Assembly (NCBI GenBank): GCA_048571215.1
Contig: CP182352.1
Span: 2,272,001 to 2,336,000, forward strand
DNA length: 64,000 bases
Reading direction: 5' to 3'
DNA from: Halarcobacter sp.
GTDB lineage: Bacteria > Campylobacterota > Campylobacteria > Campylobacterales > Arcobacteraceae
The notes below the pieces were generated by a model. That model had not been told where the DNA came from. It ran no database searches and saw only the letters and a program-made list of their open reading frames with translations. A program made the position numbers and the translations under genes. This document shows positions 24,995 through 35,865 of the stretch, in pieces. The first letter of the stretch is position 1; every line of letters begins with the position of its first letter.

Positions 24995-27217
24995 ATGTCT
25001 TTATCAAAACAGCTGTATATAATTATATCATTTATATTTTTTATTATATTTACAGGAAATTTTTTAATTAGTGTTAAAAATACAAAAGAGTATTTAGAGA
25101 TTGAGTCTGCTACAAAAGCACAGGATACTGCCACATCACTAGGTATGAGTATAAGACCACTTATTAAACAAAAAGATGACCCAGAGATTGAGTCAATCAT
25201 AAGAGCTATATCAAATAGTGGTTTTTATAAGGAGATAAGATTAGAAGATGCAAACTTCATTATAAGCAAAAAACAGTTACTTGATGCTTCAACACAACTA
25301 GATAATACTAAAGACTGGACTATAACTAAAATATTTGTTGATCCAAAATTTGGAAAAGTAGAAAAAATTGAATCTGATGCTTTATTGAATGAAAAACTAG
25401 AAAAATTGGAAAATGATAATACAGATTCAGATTCTTTTACTTTTGAGGACCAAAGCCAGCAATTTAGATACCTACCATCAAAAGAGTACAAAAATGGAGG
25501 GAATATAACCTTTGAATTTACAGCTGTAAATAAAAACAACAGTATAGATACCTTTGCAAATATAACTATGAATAGAATTATTTTTCAAGAAAAAAGAGCT
25601 GTAAAATTTGATTATGTACCTGAATGGTTTATAGATTTGATTGATATGAATATGGAAGAGAAATATAGTGAGATCTCAGATGGCTGGAATACCTCTGCTA
25701 TTATTTATGTTAGTGCAAACCCAGGAGATGCTTATGCAAAACTTTATGAACAAGCTAAAAGTTCTGTAATATATTCAACTATTGCCTTTATAATCTCTAT
25801 AATTTTCCTTTTTGTTTTTGTTCAGTATCTTTTAAAACCCCTTAAAATGATTGAAAAACTAGCAAAAGATATTGCTCAAGGAAACTTTAGAACAATTGCA
25901 AAACTTCCATGGACAACAGAGATTAGAAATGTAGCAATTTCTATGAATGATATGTCAGTAAAAATTGAAAATATAATAAATAAATTAAATAAAAACCTTG
26001 AACTTCTATCAAAAAAACTTTCTGAAGATGAGTTAACTAAACTTCCTTTAAAATCTACATTTGATACTGATATGAAAGATATGTTTATACATAAATCAAA
26101 TGGTTATGTTTTTAATATAAAAATTGATGATTTAGCCTTATACGCAAAAAAACATACAAATAGTGAAGTTAATAAATTTATAATAAATTTTGCTAACTCT
26201 TTAACCTCCCTATATAATGAAAAAAATCTAAATATAAAAGCTTATAGATTTTTTGGTTCAGAGTTTGTTATATTAGCAAAAGATTGTGATTATGAATGTG
26301 CTAAAAGAGTTTGTAGTTTACTAAAATCACAATTTGAGAAATTATCAACAAGTTTTGAGAAAGATGAAATTGCACATATTGGTGCAACTCCTTTTAATAC
26401 CTATGGTACAATTCCTGAGATGTTACAATCAGCAAGTGAGGCCTTTGAAAAAGCTAAACTAATAGGACCAAATGAATCATTTATAAAAGATAAAACAGAG
26501 CTTTCAAGAGATATGGAAGCATGGAGAGATTTAGTATTTGATATTATTACTAATGCATCATTTGAAGTGGATTATATAAATAATGCACTTGAATTATCAA
26601 AAGATGAAGATAATATAATTATGCAAGAGGCATTTACTCAAATAAAAGATAAGGATAATAATATTATTCCTATTGGTACTTTTGTATCTATAGCTGAAAA
26701 ATATGAAAAAATTATTGATTTAGATAAAGAGGTTATTTCAAAAGTTATACACCATATAAATATAAATGGTATTAAACATAATATCACTATCAATTTATCA
26801 ATTGATTCAATATCTAATCATGAGTTTATAAGCTGGCTTCAAAAAATGATTAGCAAAAATAAAAATATCGCCTCACAATTGGTATTTTCAATAACAGCTT
26901 ACGCAGTTGCAAAAGATGTTAATATATTTAAAAACTTCTGTGACCATATCCATACTGCAGGTTCTAAAATTATAGTAAAAAGATTTGAAACTAAATTTAT
27001 TCCACTAGATAACATAAAAGATTTCAATCTAGACTATATAAGACTTGCAAGGGAATATACAAATGAGATTCAAAATGACTCAGCTAAACAAAGTTTTGTA
27101 GAATCTATACAAGACCTTTCTACACTATTAAATATTCAAGTTTTAGCAGAAAATATCAAAAGTGAAGAGGAGTTCAATATGATAAAAGAACTAGGTCTTT
27201 ACGCGGCAAGTAGATAA
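24995..27217 (+). CDS. lapD: LapD/MoxY-type c-di-GMP receptor (periplasmic domain, HAMP, degenerate GGDEF and EAL)
   Basis: MSLSKQL N-terminus, AQDTATSLG, VPEWF, 'DGWN' (GWxQ-like), HAMP, degenerate FGSEF, EAL-like domain. Confidence 0.9.
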   Translation: MSLSKQLYIIISFIFFIIFTGNFLISVKNTKEYLEIESATKAQDTATSLGMSIRPLIKQKDDPEIESIIRAISNSGFYKEIRLEDANFIISKKQLLDASTQLDNTKDWTITKIFVDPKFGKVEKIESDALLNEKLEKLENDNTDSDSFTFEDQSQQFRYLPSKEYKNGGNITFEFTAVNKNNSIDTFANITMNRIIFQEKRAVKFDYVPEWFIDLIDMNMEEKYSEISDGWNTSAIIYVSANPGDAYAKLYEQAKSSVIYSTIAFIISIIFLFVFVQYLLKPLKMIEKLAKDIAQGNFRTIAKLPWTTEIRNVAISMNDMSVKIENIINKLNKNLELLSKKLSEDELTKLPLKSTFDTDMKDMFIHKSNGYVFNIKIDDLALYAKKHTNSEVNKFIINFANSLTSLYNEKNLNIKAYRFFGSEFVILAKDCDYECAKRVCSLLKSQFEKLSTSFEKDEIAHIGATPFNTYGTIPEMLQSASEAFEKAKLIGPNESFIKDKTELSRDMEAWRDLVFDIITNASFEVDYINNALELSKDEDNIIMQEAFTQIKDKDNNIIPIGTFVSIAEKYEKIIDLDKEVISKVIHHININGIKHNITINLSIDSISNHEFISWLQKMISKNKNIASQLVFSITAYAVAKDVNIFKNFCDHIHTAGSKIIVKRFETKFIPLDNIKDFNLDYIRLAREYTNEIQNDSAKQSFVESIQDLSTLLNIQVLAENIKSEEEFNMIKELGLYAASR

Positions 27218-27381
27218 ACTACTTGCTTTAGTATATAAGAGTTTTGAATTTTATCCTTTCATAGTTTTATCTTTAAAAATTATGATAAAATTCGCTTTTA
27301 AAATATCTATTTACTATAAGTTAAAAAATGATTAATAATTGTGTATTATAATTCATCTTTATAAATATATTAAGGATTTCA

Positions 27382-30300
27382 ATGTTTGAAAAGTTTTTAA
27401 GGTTTTTTGTTGAGAATACAAGGATGAACTACACTCTATTTGTATTAGTCTTTGCCCTTGGAATCTGGTCATATAATAATACAGCAAAAGAGATTTTCCC
27501 CACCTTTGATTTAGAAATGATATCTATAAGAGGTTCATATGCAGGAGCATCTGTTGATATTTTAGACAAGATGGTAGTTACAGAAGTTGAAGATAATCTG
27601 AAAAACCTAGATAGCATTGATACTATGACTACTGTTATAAGCCCTGGAAGTTTTACTATTGTTTTAGAATTAAAAAAAGGTAAAAATAAATATAATGAAG
27701 CTGATAAAGTGAAAGATGTTATCACTTTAGTTAAGGGTGATTTACCTTCAGATATGGATGAACCAACAGTAAATGTCTTGGATAGAAGTCGTACACTTTT
27801 AGATATATCACTAACATCTAAAAAATATAGTTTAGATGAGTTAAAACCCCTTGCTGATGATTTAAAAAGTCAACTTTTTACAATACCTGGAATAAATGAT
27901 ATTACAATATATGGAGATTCTGATGAGTATTATGAGATACTTATAGATGATACAAAAATAAAAGCTTTAGGATTAAATAAAACTTAAGTTTTTTCTGCTA
28001 TTTCAACCCTTTCATATGTTTTTCCCCTTGGTAAGATTGAAGGTAAGACCAAGCACTATTATATCTCTACTTACAATGGGGGTAAAAATGCCCAAGATTT
28101 TGCAAATACTCTAATTAATATAGGTGATGTTTCAATCTATTTAGGAGATATTGCTAAAGTATCCAAAAAATATGAAGATTCATCAACCCTATACTCTTTT
28201 AATGGAGAAAATGCCCTATCTTTAAAAATTGAACAAAATGATACGGCAGATGCCATTGAGATTACAAAAAAAATAAATGAGTTATTACCAGAACTAAATA
28301 AACAAAACCCTAATGTAACTGTAACTATTGCTGATGATAATAGTGAAAGAATCAAAGATAGATTAAATATTGTTGTTTCTAATATTATGTTAGGAATCAT
28401 CCTTATAACTATTTTAGTAATGTTACTAATAAACTTTAGAATGTCTTTTATCATAGCTATTGGTATCCCAACTTCTTTTGTAATAGCAGCTGTATATATC
28501 TATTTCTCAGGCTATACCATAAACATGATTTCCTTAGTTGGAGTTTTAATTGCAATTGGTATAGTTGTAGATGATGCCATAGTTGTAAGTGAAAATATTC
28601 AACAACATATTGAAGATGGACATTCACCAAAAGAAGCTGCTGTATTGGGTGCAAAAGAGATGGTAAAACCTGTAACTGTGGCTTCCCTTACAACTTTGTT
28701 TTCTTTTTTGCCCATATTATTAATAAGTGGTACTATGGGTGAAGTTATGAAGTTAATCCCTATTGCACTAAGTGCTTTAGTTGTTGCTTCACTAATAGAA
28801 TCATTTATATTTCTTCCAATACATGCAGCCCATACTTTAAAAAGTGGTGCAAAGGTTACATCATGGGAGAAAGTAAACAAGATTTACAGTTCAATAATAC
28901 ACCTATTTATGAACTGGAAAAAAACATTTTTACTTATCTTTATTATTATTGTTCCTGCATTAACAGCTTTTTCAGTAATGACGTCAAAATTTCAATTTTT
29001 TCCAAAATTTGATGCAAGTGATGTAAAGATTACAATCAAAGGAAATGAAAATCTAAAACTTGAAGATTCTTTTAAAATTGTTCAATCAATAGAATCAGAC
29101 CTAATAGCTAAAAAAGATGAGTTTTTTATCAAAAGTATTGATTCAGTTGCAGGTTTTAGACGAGACTTAGCAAACAATACAGAGAGATTTCCTTATGTTA
29201 TGTATATGACAGTTGAACTACAAAAATTGAAACCTAGCAACCTCTTAGATAAATATGTAACCCCTTATCTTAGTTTTTATTATGATGAAGAAGGTAGAAC
29301 AAGAACCCTCCACTCTGCTCAAATTGCAAAAAAAATAAATAAATTTTTAAAAGAGCAAGATTATAAGAAAAAGTTTTCCCTAAACGAAATTGCCATAAAA
29401 GAAAGAAGAGTAGGACCTATAAAATCTGATATTAAAATTGGACTAATCTCAAATGATAGCCAAAAAATCATATCTTCAGTTTTTAAAATAGAAGATGAGA
29501 TAAAAAAAATCAAAGGTATAAAATCTTACTCTAACTCTTTAAAATTCGGGATAGATGAGATAAAACTAAAGGTTAATGCCTATGGACAACAACTTGGTAT
29601 TGATGAGGCTTATTTAGGAAACTATTTATCTAACCTTTATAGACTTAAGAAAAAAGCTACTGCTTTTGATGCTACTTCTATGTTAGATATAAAAATACAA
29701 AGTCTAAACAAAGATGATTTTGAAGAGTTTAAGAATATGGAAGTACCCCTATCAAATGGCACTTATGTTGCCTTAAAAGATATTGCAGAATTTAATATTA
29801 TTAAAAGTTTTGAGCAAATAATAAAAGACAATGGGGAGAAAAACTTTTATATTTTTGCAGATGTAGACCCTGATATAATAACAGCAACAGAAGTTATAAA
29901 AAAACTAAAACCAACTTTAGATAAAATAAAACAAAGTGGGATGAAACTTGTTTTTAAAGGGGAAGAGGAGAAAAAAGCGGAACTTATGCATGATATGGTA
30001 TTAGCTTCTGCCTTGGCTATTATTCTTATTATGCTAGCTATGCTTTATTTATTTAACTCTTTTAGAGAAACTTTTATAGTTATGAGTGTTATACCTTTTT
30101 CTATTTTAGGGGTTTTAATTGGTCATGAAATTATGGGCTTAAATCTATCTATGCCTTCTATTATTGGAGCTTTAGGTTTAGCTGGGGTTGTTATAAATGA
30201 TGGAATTATTATGATGACCTATTTGAAAAAAGCTAAAAAAATAGATGAATTTTTCTTTAGGGTTATAAAAAGATTTAGACCAATTATCTTAACAACAATC

Positions 30301-30471
30301 ACAACACTAATAGGTATGAGTTCTTTGATATTTTTCCCAACAGGACAAGCTGTAATTTTCCAACCAATTGCCATAGCTTTAGGCTTTGGTCTTTTATGGG
30401 GAACTGTACTAAATCTTATTTATTTACCTGTTTTATATGCTTTGGTTCATAAAATCAAAGGGGATAGCTAG
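27382..30471 (+). pseudogene. AcrB/RND-family efflux permease interrupted by a single in-frame TAA (27985-27987)
   Basis: ORFs 27382-27987 and 28387-30471 share a frame, and the intervening codons are open and RND-like. IVVDDAIVVSEN and RFRPIILTTITT motifs; full length would be ~1,029 aa. Confidence 0.85.
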
Positions 30472-30477
30472 TATAAC

Positions 30478-31323
30478 TTATGGGGCTATATCTTTTTTAA
30501 CTGCCTCATAAGCAACTAAGATTTTCTTTCTTTCTATTCCCCATCTATATCCACTCATAGCTCCCGATTTTGCTAAAACCCTATGGCAAGGTATTAGATA
30601 TCCAATATGGTTTGAGCCAATAGCACTTGCAACTGCACGCACTGCTTTTGGTTTATTTATACTATTTGCAATATCTTGATAACTTGCTATTGTTCCATCG
30701 GGAATATTTAATAAGGCTTTCCAAATATTTATTTGAAAGTTTGTTCCCTTTACATATAAATCAAATTTCTTTTTCTTTAAAAAAATATTATCTAAATACT
30801 CTTTTGCTTTTTTATCATCTCTTATTAGATTTGCTTTTGCCCAAATCTCTTGAAACCTATTATAGATAGTTTCTTTATTATTATCAACAAAACCTAAATA
30901 ACTAACTCCTCTTTTTGTAAAAGCTATCAAAGCTTCACCAAAAGGTGTAAACCCATATCCATAAGTTATATCAACATCTTTACCCAACTCTTTATACTCT
31001 TTTGGGGTAACACCAATTATATTTACAAACAAATCATGCAATCTACTAGAACTAGATAATCCTAAATCCAAAGAACTATCTAAAATAGATTTGGATTCTT
31101 TTAAATGCTCTTTTGCATAATTTAAAGTAACTGATTGTAAAAATTGTATGGGAGTAACACCAACATACTCTTTAAATACCCTTATAAGATGGTATTTACT
31201 CATCCCTATATATTGGGAAATTTCATCTATGCTTGGTTGTTCTTTGAAGTTTTCATCAATATATTTTATCACTTTTTCAATTTTTTTATAGTTTTCACTT
31301 TCGTGTGATAAATTGTCTTTCAT
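30478..31323 (-). CDS. ada: Bifunctional AraC-type HTH / methylated-DNA-protein-cysteine methyltransferase
   Basis: N-terminal AraC HTH, GTNFQ..W, RAVASA, IPCHRV active site. Confidence 0.92.
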   Translation of the reverse strand: MKDNLSHESENYKKIEKVIKYIDENFKEQPSIDEISQYIGMSKYHLIRVFKEYVGVTPIQFLQSVTLNYAKEHLKESKSILDSSLDLGLSSSSRLHDLFVNIIGVTPKEYKELGKDVDITYGYGFTPFGEALIAFTKRGVSYLGFVDNNKETIYNRFQEIWAKANLIRDDKKAKEYLDNIFLKKKKFDLYVKGTNFQINIWKALLNIPDGTIASYQDIANSINKPKAVRAVASAIGSNHIGYLIPCHRVLAKSGAMSGYRWGIERKKILVAYEAVKKDIAP

Positions 31324-31343
31324 AAAAAATCCTGATGAAGAGA

Positions 31344-31378
31344 TTAAGCTAAAGTAGTTTATACCACTTTAGCTTAAG
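31344..31378 (-). terminator. Hairpin downstream of glyA
   Basis: TAAGCTAAAGT...ACTTTAGCTTA inverted repeat. Confidence 0.55.
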
Positions 31379-31383
31379 ATATA

Positions 31384-32646
31384 TTAGTAAGTTGATTTGT
31401 TGTATATCACAAAACCTCTAGCTAACTGCTTTAACTCTTCTTTTATCTTAGCTTGTAAATCTGTATTATTGATATCATCTAATACATCACATATTTTATT
31501 TGCTATCAATTCAAACTCTTTTTCTTTCATCCCTCTTGCTGTTAAAGCAGGTGATCCTACTCTTATACCACTTGTTACAAAGGGGCTTCTTGTCTCACCT
31601 GGCACTGTATTTTTATTTACAGTAATCCCTGCATTACCTAAAGCTGCATCTGCATCTTTACCTGAAAACTCTTTATTTAAGAAAGATACTAAGATTAGGT
31701 GATTATCTGTCCCATCTGAAACTATATCATATCCTCTTTTCATTAAAACTTCTGCTAACACTTTTGCGTTTGCTTTTACTTGTTTTGCGTAATCTTTCCA
31801 AGAAGGATCTAGTATCTCTTTAAAGGCTACTGCTTTTGCTGCCATTACATGTACTAATGGTCCACCTTGAAGTCCTGGGAAGATTGCAGAGTTTATTTTT
31901 TTTGCTATCTCTTCATCATTAGTTAATATCATACCACCTCTTGGACCTCTTAGTGTTTTATGGGTAGTTGTTGTTACTACATCTGCATAAGGGAAAGGAG
32001 ACATATGTTCACCAGCTGCTACTAATCCTGCAATATGTGCTATATCTGCAAAAAGGTAAGCTCCAACTGCATCAGCTATTTCTCTAAATTTTTTAAAATC
32101 TATTTCTCTTGCATATGCACTAGCACCACAAACTATAATTTTTGGTTGAGTGATTTTTGCTATATCCATTACTCTATCATAATTTATTCTACCATCTAAT
32201 TCTACACCATAATAAAAAGCAGAGTAATTTTTACCAGAGAAAGATGGTTTAGAACCATGGGTTAAATGTCCACCATGGGAAAGATCCATACCAAGAATTT
32301 TATCACCAGCTTTTAACAATGCTGCATATACTGCTCCATTTGCTTGAGACCCTGCGTGAGGTTGTACATTTGCGTAATTACAGTTAAATATTTTACACGC
32401 TCTATCTATTGCTAATTGTTCTGCTTTATCTGCAAATTCACATCCACCATAATATCTTTTTGCTGGGTATCCTTCTGCGTATTTATTTGTAAATACAGAA
32501 CCCATTGTTTGCATTACTGCTGGGCTTGTGAAGTTCTCACTTGCTATCATCTCTAGGTGATCTGTTTGTCTTTGCAATTCATCTTCTATTATATCAAATA
32601 GCTCTTTATCTGCTTCTTCTAGTGTTTGTTCACTTATGTAGCTCAT
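31384..32646 (-). CDS. glyA: Serine hydroxymethyltransferase
   Basis: [38 protein letters not shown] 32646 follows a GGAG RBS. Confidence 0.98.
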   Translation of the reverse strand: MSYISEQTLEEADKELFDIIEDELQRQTDHLEMIASENFTSPAVMQTMGSVFTNKYAEGYPAKRYYGGCEFADKAEQLAIDRACKIFNCNYANVQPHAGSQANGAVYAALLKAGDKILGMDLSHGGHLTHGSKPSFSGKNYSAFYYGVELDGRINYDRVMDIAKITQPKIIVCGASAYAREIDFKKFREIADAVGAYLFADIAHIAGLVAAGEHMSPFPYADVVTTTTHKTLRGPRGGMILTNDEEIAKKINSAIFPGLQGGPLVHVMAAKAVAFKEILDPSWKDYAKQVKANAKVLAEVLMKRGYDIVSDGTDNHLILVSFLNKEFSGKDADAALGNAGITVNKNTVPGETRSPFVTSGIRVGSPALTARGMKEKEFELIANKICDVLDDINNTDLQAKIKEELKQLARGFVIYNKSTY

Positions 32647-32732
32647 CGTATACTCTCCCAAATCTTATATTTTATGAAAGTATAACAAAAGAAAAAAAAT
32701 CAAACAATCCAAATATTGCTAAATATAATATT

Positions 32733-33494
32733 TTATAAAAAAATAAACATTTTAAGTGCAGAAACACCTAAATCTCTAGGTTCATCCCCTAAAGCTCTAA
32801 TAGAATTACCTGTTGCATCCATCATTTGAGTTAAGATTACTTCAAATGAAAAATTAGAATAAGAGTATATAGACTCTTTTTTATTTTTTATATATTCTAA
32901 ATTTTCTAAATCATCACTAGTAAAACTTTTATCTTTAAATTTTTTTTCCAGTTCTATTTGCCAATTATTTTGCCAAGTTAAAAAAAGATAATCACCATTT
33001 AAATCCCTATCAACTTTTATTTTCCATTTTATGATTTGAAGATTTTTATATAGTTTTTGTAATTTCTTTACATCATACTCTAAAGCTAACAATCTATGCC
33101 CTTTGTCAAGTTCATAAGCCTCAAATACCATATAATAAAGACCCAAAACCAAATAATCATTTCGTGCAGGTATATCATCTTTGCTAAAAGCCAATTGAAG
33201 ATAGTCTTTATAATTGTCCAAGACTATATTCTTATATTTCATTAAAAATATTTTTTCAGAACTATCTATTAGATTATAAATTTTACTAGAAAGTTTTTTA
33301 TCATAGGAAGTGGGATTTCTACTATCAAGCTTAGTTTTAAACTCTCTTAAGTGAGTTAGTATTTTTTTATAGTCATGTTTGAGTATAGTTGCTGCATTTG
33401 TTTGAAATACATCTTTAACATCATCTTGTTTAGGAATACAACCTGTAAAAAAGAGTGTAAAAAGCAAACTTAGAAGTAGTATCTTTTTTATCAT
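32733..33494 (-). CDS. Hypothetical lipoprotein
   Basis: Lipobox FFTGC; 253 aa. Confidence 0.75.
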   Translation of the reverse strand: MIKKILLLSLLFTLFFTGCIPKQDDVKDVFQTNAATILKHDYKKILTHLREFKTKLDSRNPTSYDKKLSSKIYNLIDSSEKIFLMKYKNIVLDNYKDYLQLAFSKDDIPARNDYLVLGLYYMVFEAYELDKGHRLLALEYDVKKLQKLYKNLQIIKWKIKVDRDLNGDYLFLTWQNNWQIELEKKFKDKSFTSDDLENLEYIKNKKESIYSYSNFSFEVILTQMMDATGNSIRALGDEPRDLGVSALKMFIFL

Positions 33495-33597
33495 TAAATA
33501 TCTTTCATTAATTCTAATAATTTCTTATTATTTTAACATATGGATACATAAAATATATTTGCACTTATCTTTGTGCAACTACTTACAAGTTGAATTC

Positions 33598-35571
33598 TTA
33601 GTTCTCTTTTATATCTATAACGCTTGGTTCACCTAAATAATACCCTTGAGCATAATCTATATCTAATTCTTTAACCTTTGATAGAATCTCTTTGTTTGAA
33701 ACAAACTCAGCAATTGTTTTAACACCAATTCTTTGAGCAAATTCAACTATTGTTTTTGTTACAAGTTGAGATTTTTCATCTTTGTCAATATTTTTTATCA
33801 TACTTGCATCTATTTTTAAATAATCAAAATTTAATTTTAAAAGATATTCAAAGTTTGAATACCCTGTACCAAAATCATCTATAGAGATTGTTGCCCCATA
33901 TTTTTTTACAAGGGTTATAAAACTTATTATCTCATCATAATTATTGATACCTTCCGATTCAAGTATCTCAAATGTAATATTACTTGCAAAATCAAATAAT
34001 TTGAATTGATTTTCTATAAATTTAATGATTTCATCATTTGCCATATCATCTTTAGTTAGATTAATAGAAAATTTATACTTTGTTTTTTTACAAATATCAA
34101 AAGTTTTCTGAAGCATAATCAAGGTTAACTTAGAATAGAGTTTATTCTCTTTTGAAATATCTAAAAAATGTATAGGTACAATATAATCATCTTTATCACT
34201 TTCAATTCTCATTAATGCTTCATATTTAATAATCTCCATTGTATTACAATCAATAATAGGTTGAAAAAGTGGTACAATTTTATCATTATCTATTGCTCTC
34301 ATAAGCCTTTCAGTCCAACTTAATCTATTTTCATACTCTTTTAGGGTTCTCATCTCTTCAGTATATATAAGATAATGTTTTTTATCTTTTTTGGCAAGTT
34401 TAAGTGCCATATCTGCATTTGGAAGCAAAAGAGTTGATCCATGAGAGATTCCTATAGTAAGATTGATAAAAATTGTTTTCTTTTCAGATATTTTAAATTC
34501 ATATTTCCCTAAGTCTCCTATTATATAAGAAGCGATATTCCTAAAATCTTCTAAATCCATCGAACCATGTGATATTACACCAAATTCATCTGCATGCATT
34601 TTATATAATGTTGTAGTTGGAGGGAGAAGCTCTTTAAATTTATCTTTATACTCTAAAAGTATTTTATCTCCTATTTCATCTCCATATAGATTGTTTATTT
34701 GCTCAAATTTATCTATATTGATTATCATAAAGAGTAAATATTTATTATTATCCAAGTCTTCCAATAAGGCTCTTCTATTTTTTAAGCCTGTCAAATGATC
34801 ATAATAAAATTGATACTCTATTGAATCAAGCATTTCATTAAAAATTACTTGCATTGATTGTATCTCATTGATATCGTAATTCACAGCTACTCTTTGTTTG
34901 ATATCACTACTTTTTTTAATAATATTTGCCGTTTTAATAAAATTATTAATGGGAGTGAGCAAATATTTGTTAAAATTCAAAAACAATAAAATAAAAATTA
35001 TAAATGTGAAAGAAATAATGAAAATTGTGAATATATTAATCATATCATTTAGAGATATTTTCAAATCAGTAATAGGATAATTTATATTAATAACACCCAA
35101 TACATCCCCAGAAGTAGCATTCGTATGACAAGATTTACACTTGTCATTGGCAATTACGGGGAAATAATATTTAATAATATCTGAGTTAACTATATCTAAA
35201 GTTTCATCCCCTTTAAAAGCATTTTTAACACTTTTATCTGTAGTTCTTACTAATCTATCATTTTCAATATCTCCAAAGATATTAGCAACTTTATCACCTC
35301 TATAAACCATGATTTCAAGGTTTTTTTCTACTTTGTTAAGTCTATGTATAACTTCTTGAATATCGTCTTTATTCCAACCTTTTTGCATTGCTGAATACAT
35401 AGATTCAAATACTAATCTACTTGTTTTTTTTGCATCCACTTTTGCTAGATTTACTATAACATCTCTTTTTATATATTCAGTATATGCAAAGGCAAGAGCC
35501 AAAGTTATTAATAAAATAATAATAATCATTTTAGCTGTAAGTTGATTGTAGCTTCTATTTTTTTTTGACAT
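33598..35571 (-). CDS. Membrane c-di-GMP signalling protein: periplasmic CxxCH (heme c-type) sensor, HAMP, degenerate GGDEF, EAL phosphodiesterase
   Basis: Two TM helices flank CKSCH; DHLTGLKNRR, HADEF, EALMR, DDFGTGYSN. Confidence 0.9.
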   Translation of the reverse strand: MSKKNRSYNQLTAKMIIIILLITLALAFAYTEYIKRDVIVNLAKVDAKKTSRLVFESMYSAMQKGWNKDDIQEVIHRLNKVEKNLEIMVYRGDKVANIFGDIENDRLVRTTDKSVKNAFKGDETLDIVNSDIIKYYFPVIANDKCKSCHTNATSGDVLGVININYPITDLKISLNDMINIFTIFIISFTFIIFILLFLNFNKYLLTPINNFIKTANIIKKSSDIKQRVAVNYDINEIQSMQVIFNEMLDSIEYQFYYDHLTGLKNRRALLEDLDNNKYLLFMIINIDKFEQINNLYGDEIGDKILLEYKDKFKELLPPTTTLYKMHADEFGVISHGSMDLEDFRNIASYIIGDLGKYEFKISEKKTIFINLTIGISHGSTLLLPNADMALKLAKKDKKHYLIYTEEMRTLKEYENRLSWTERLMRAIDNDKIVPLFQPIIDCNTMEIIKYEALMRIESDKDDYIVPIHFLDISKENKLYSKLTLIMLQKTFDICKKTKYKFSINLTKDDMANDEIIKFIENQFKLFDFASNITFEILESEGINNYDEIISFITLVKKYGATISIDDFGTGYSNFEYLLKLNFDYLKIDASMIKNIDKDEKSQLVTKTIVEFAQRIGVKTIAEFVSNKEILSKVKELDIDYAQGYYLGEPSVIDIKEN

Positions 35572-35806
35572 TTTTATTAAATCGTCTTTCTTCTTTATTT
35601 TTATAATCTATAACTTTACTTATGTCTCATTCTATCATAATTATTATTATGTTTCTAATATTTTTTAATTTTACTTTTTTTTATTTATTTTTTTGAGTTT
35701 AGTGTGATTTTTTTATTTAGTTTTGAAACTTAAATATAAAAATATTTCTAAGTAGTAATTATGTATTAATATTTGATTTAAATCTCTTTATTAATAGTCC
35801 TATTTA

Positions 35807-35843
35807 ATAAAAAAAGCCCCGTCAAAAAGGACAGGGCTTTTAA
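35807..35843 (-). terminator. Intrinsic terminator of valS
   Basis: AAAAGCCC..GTC....GAC.GGGCTTTT hairpin with A-tract on + (U-tract on -). Confidence 0.75.
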
Positions 35844-35865
35844 AAATCGAACTAAAGTTTTTTTA

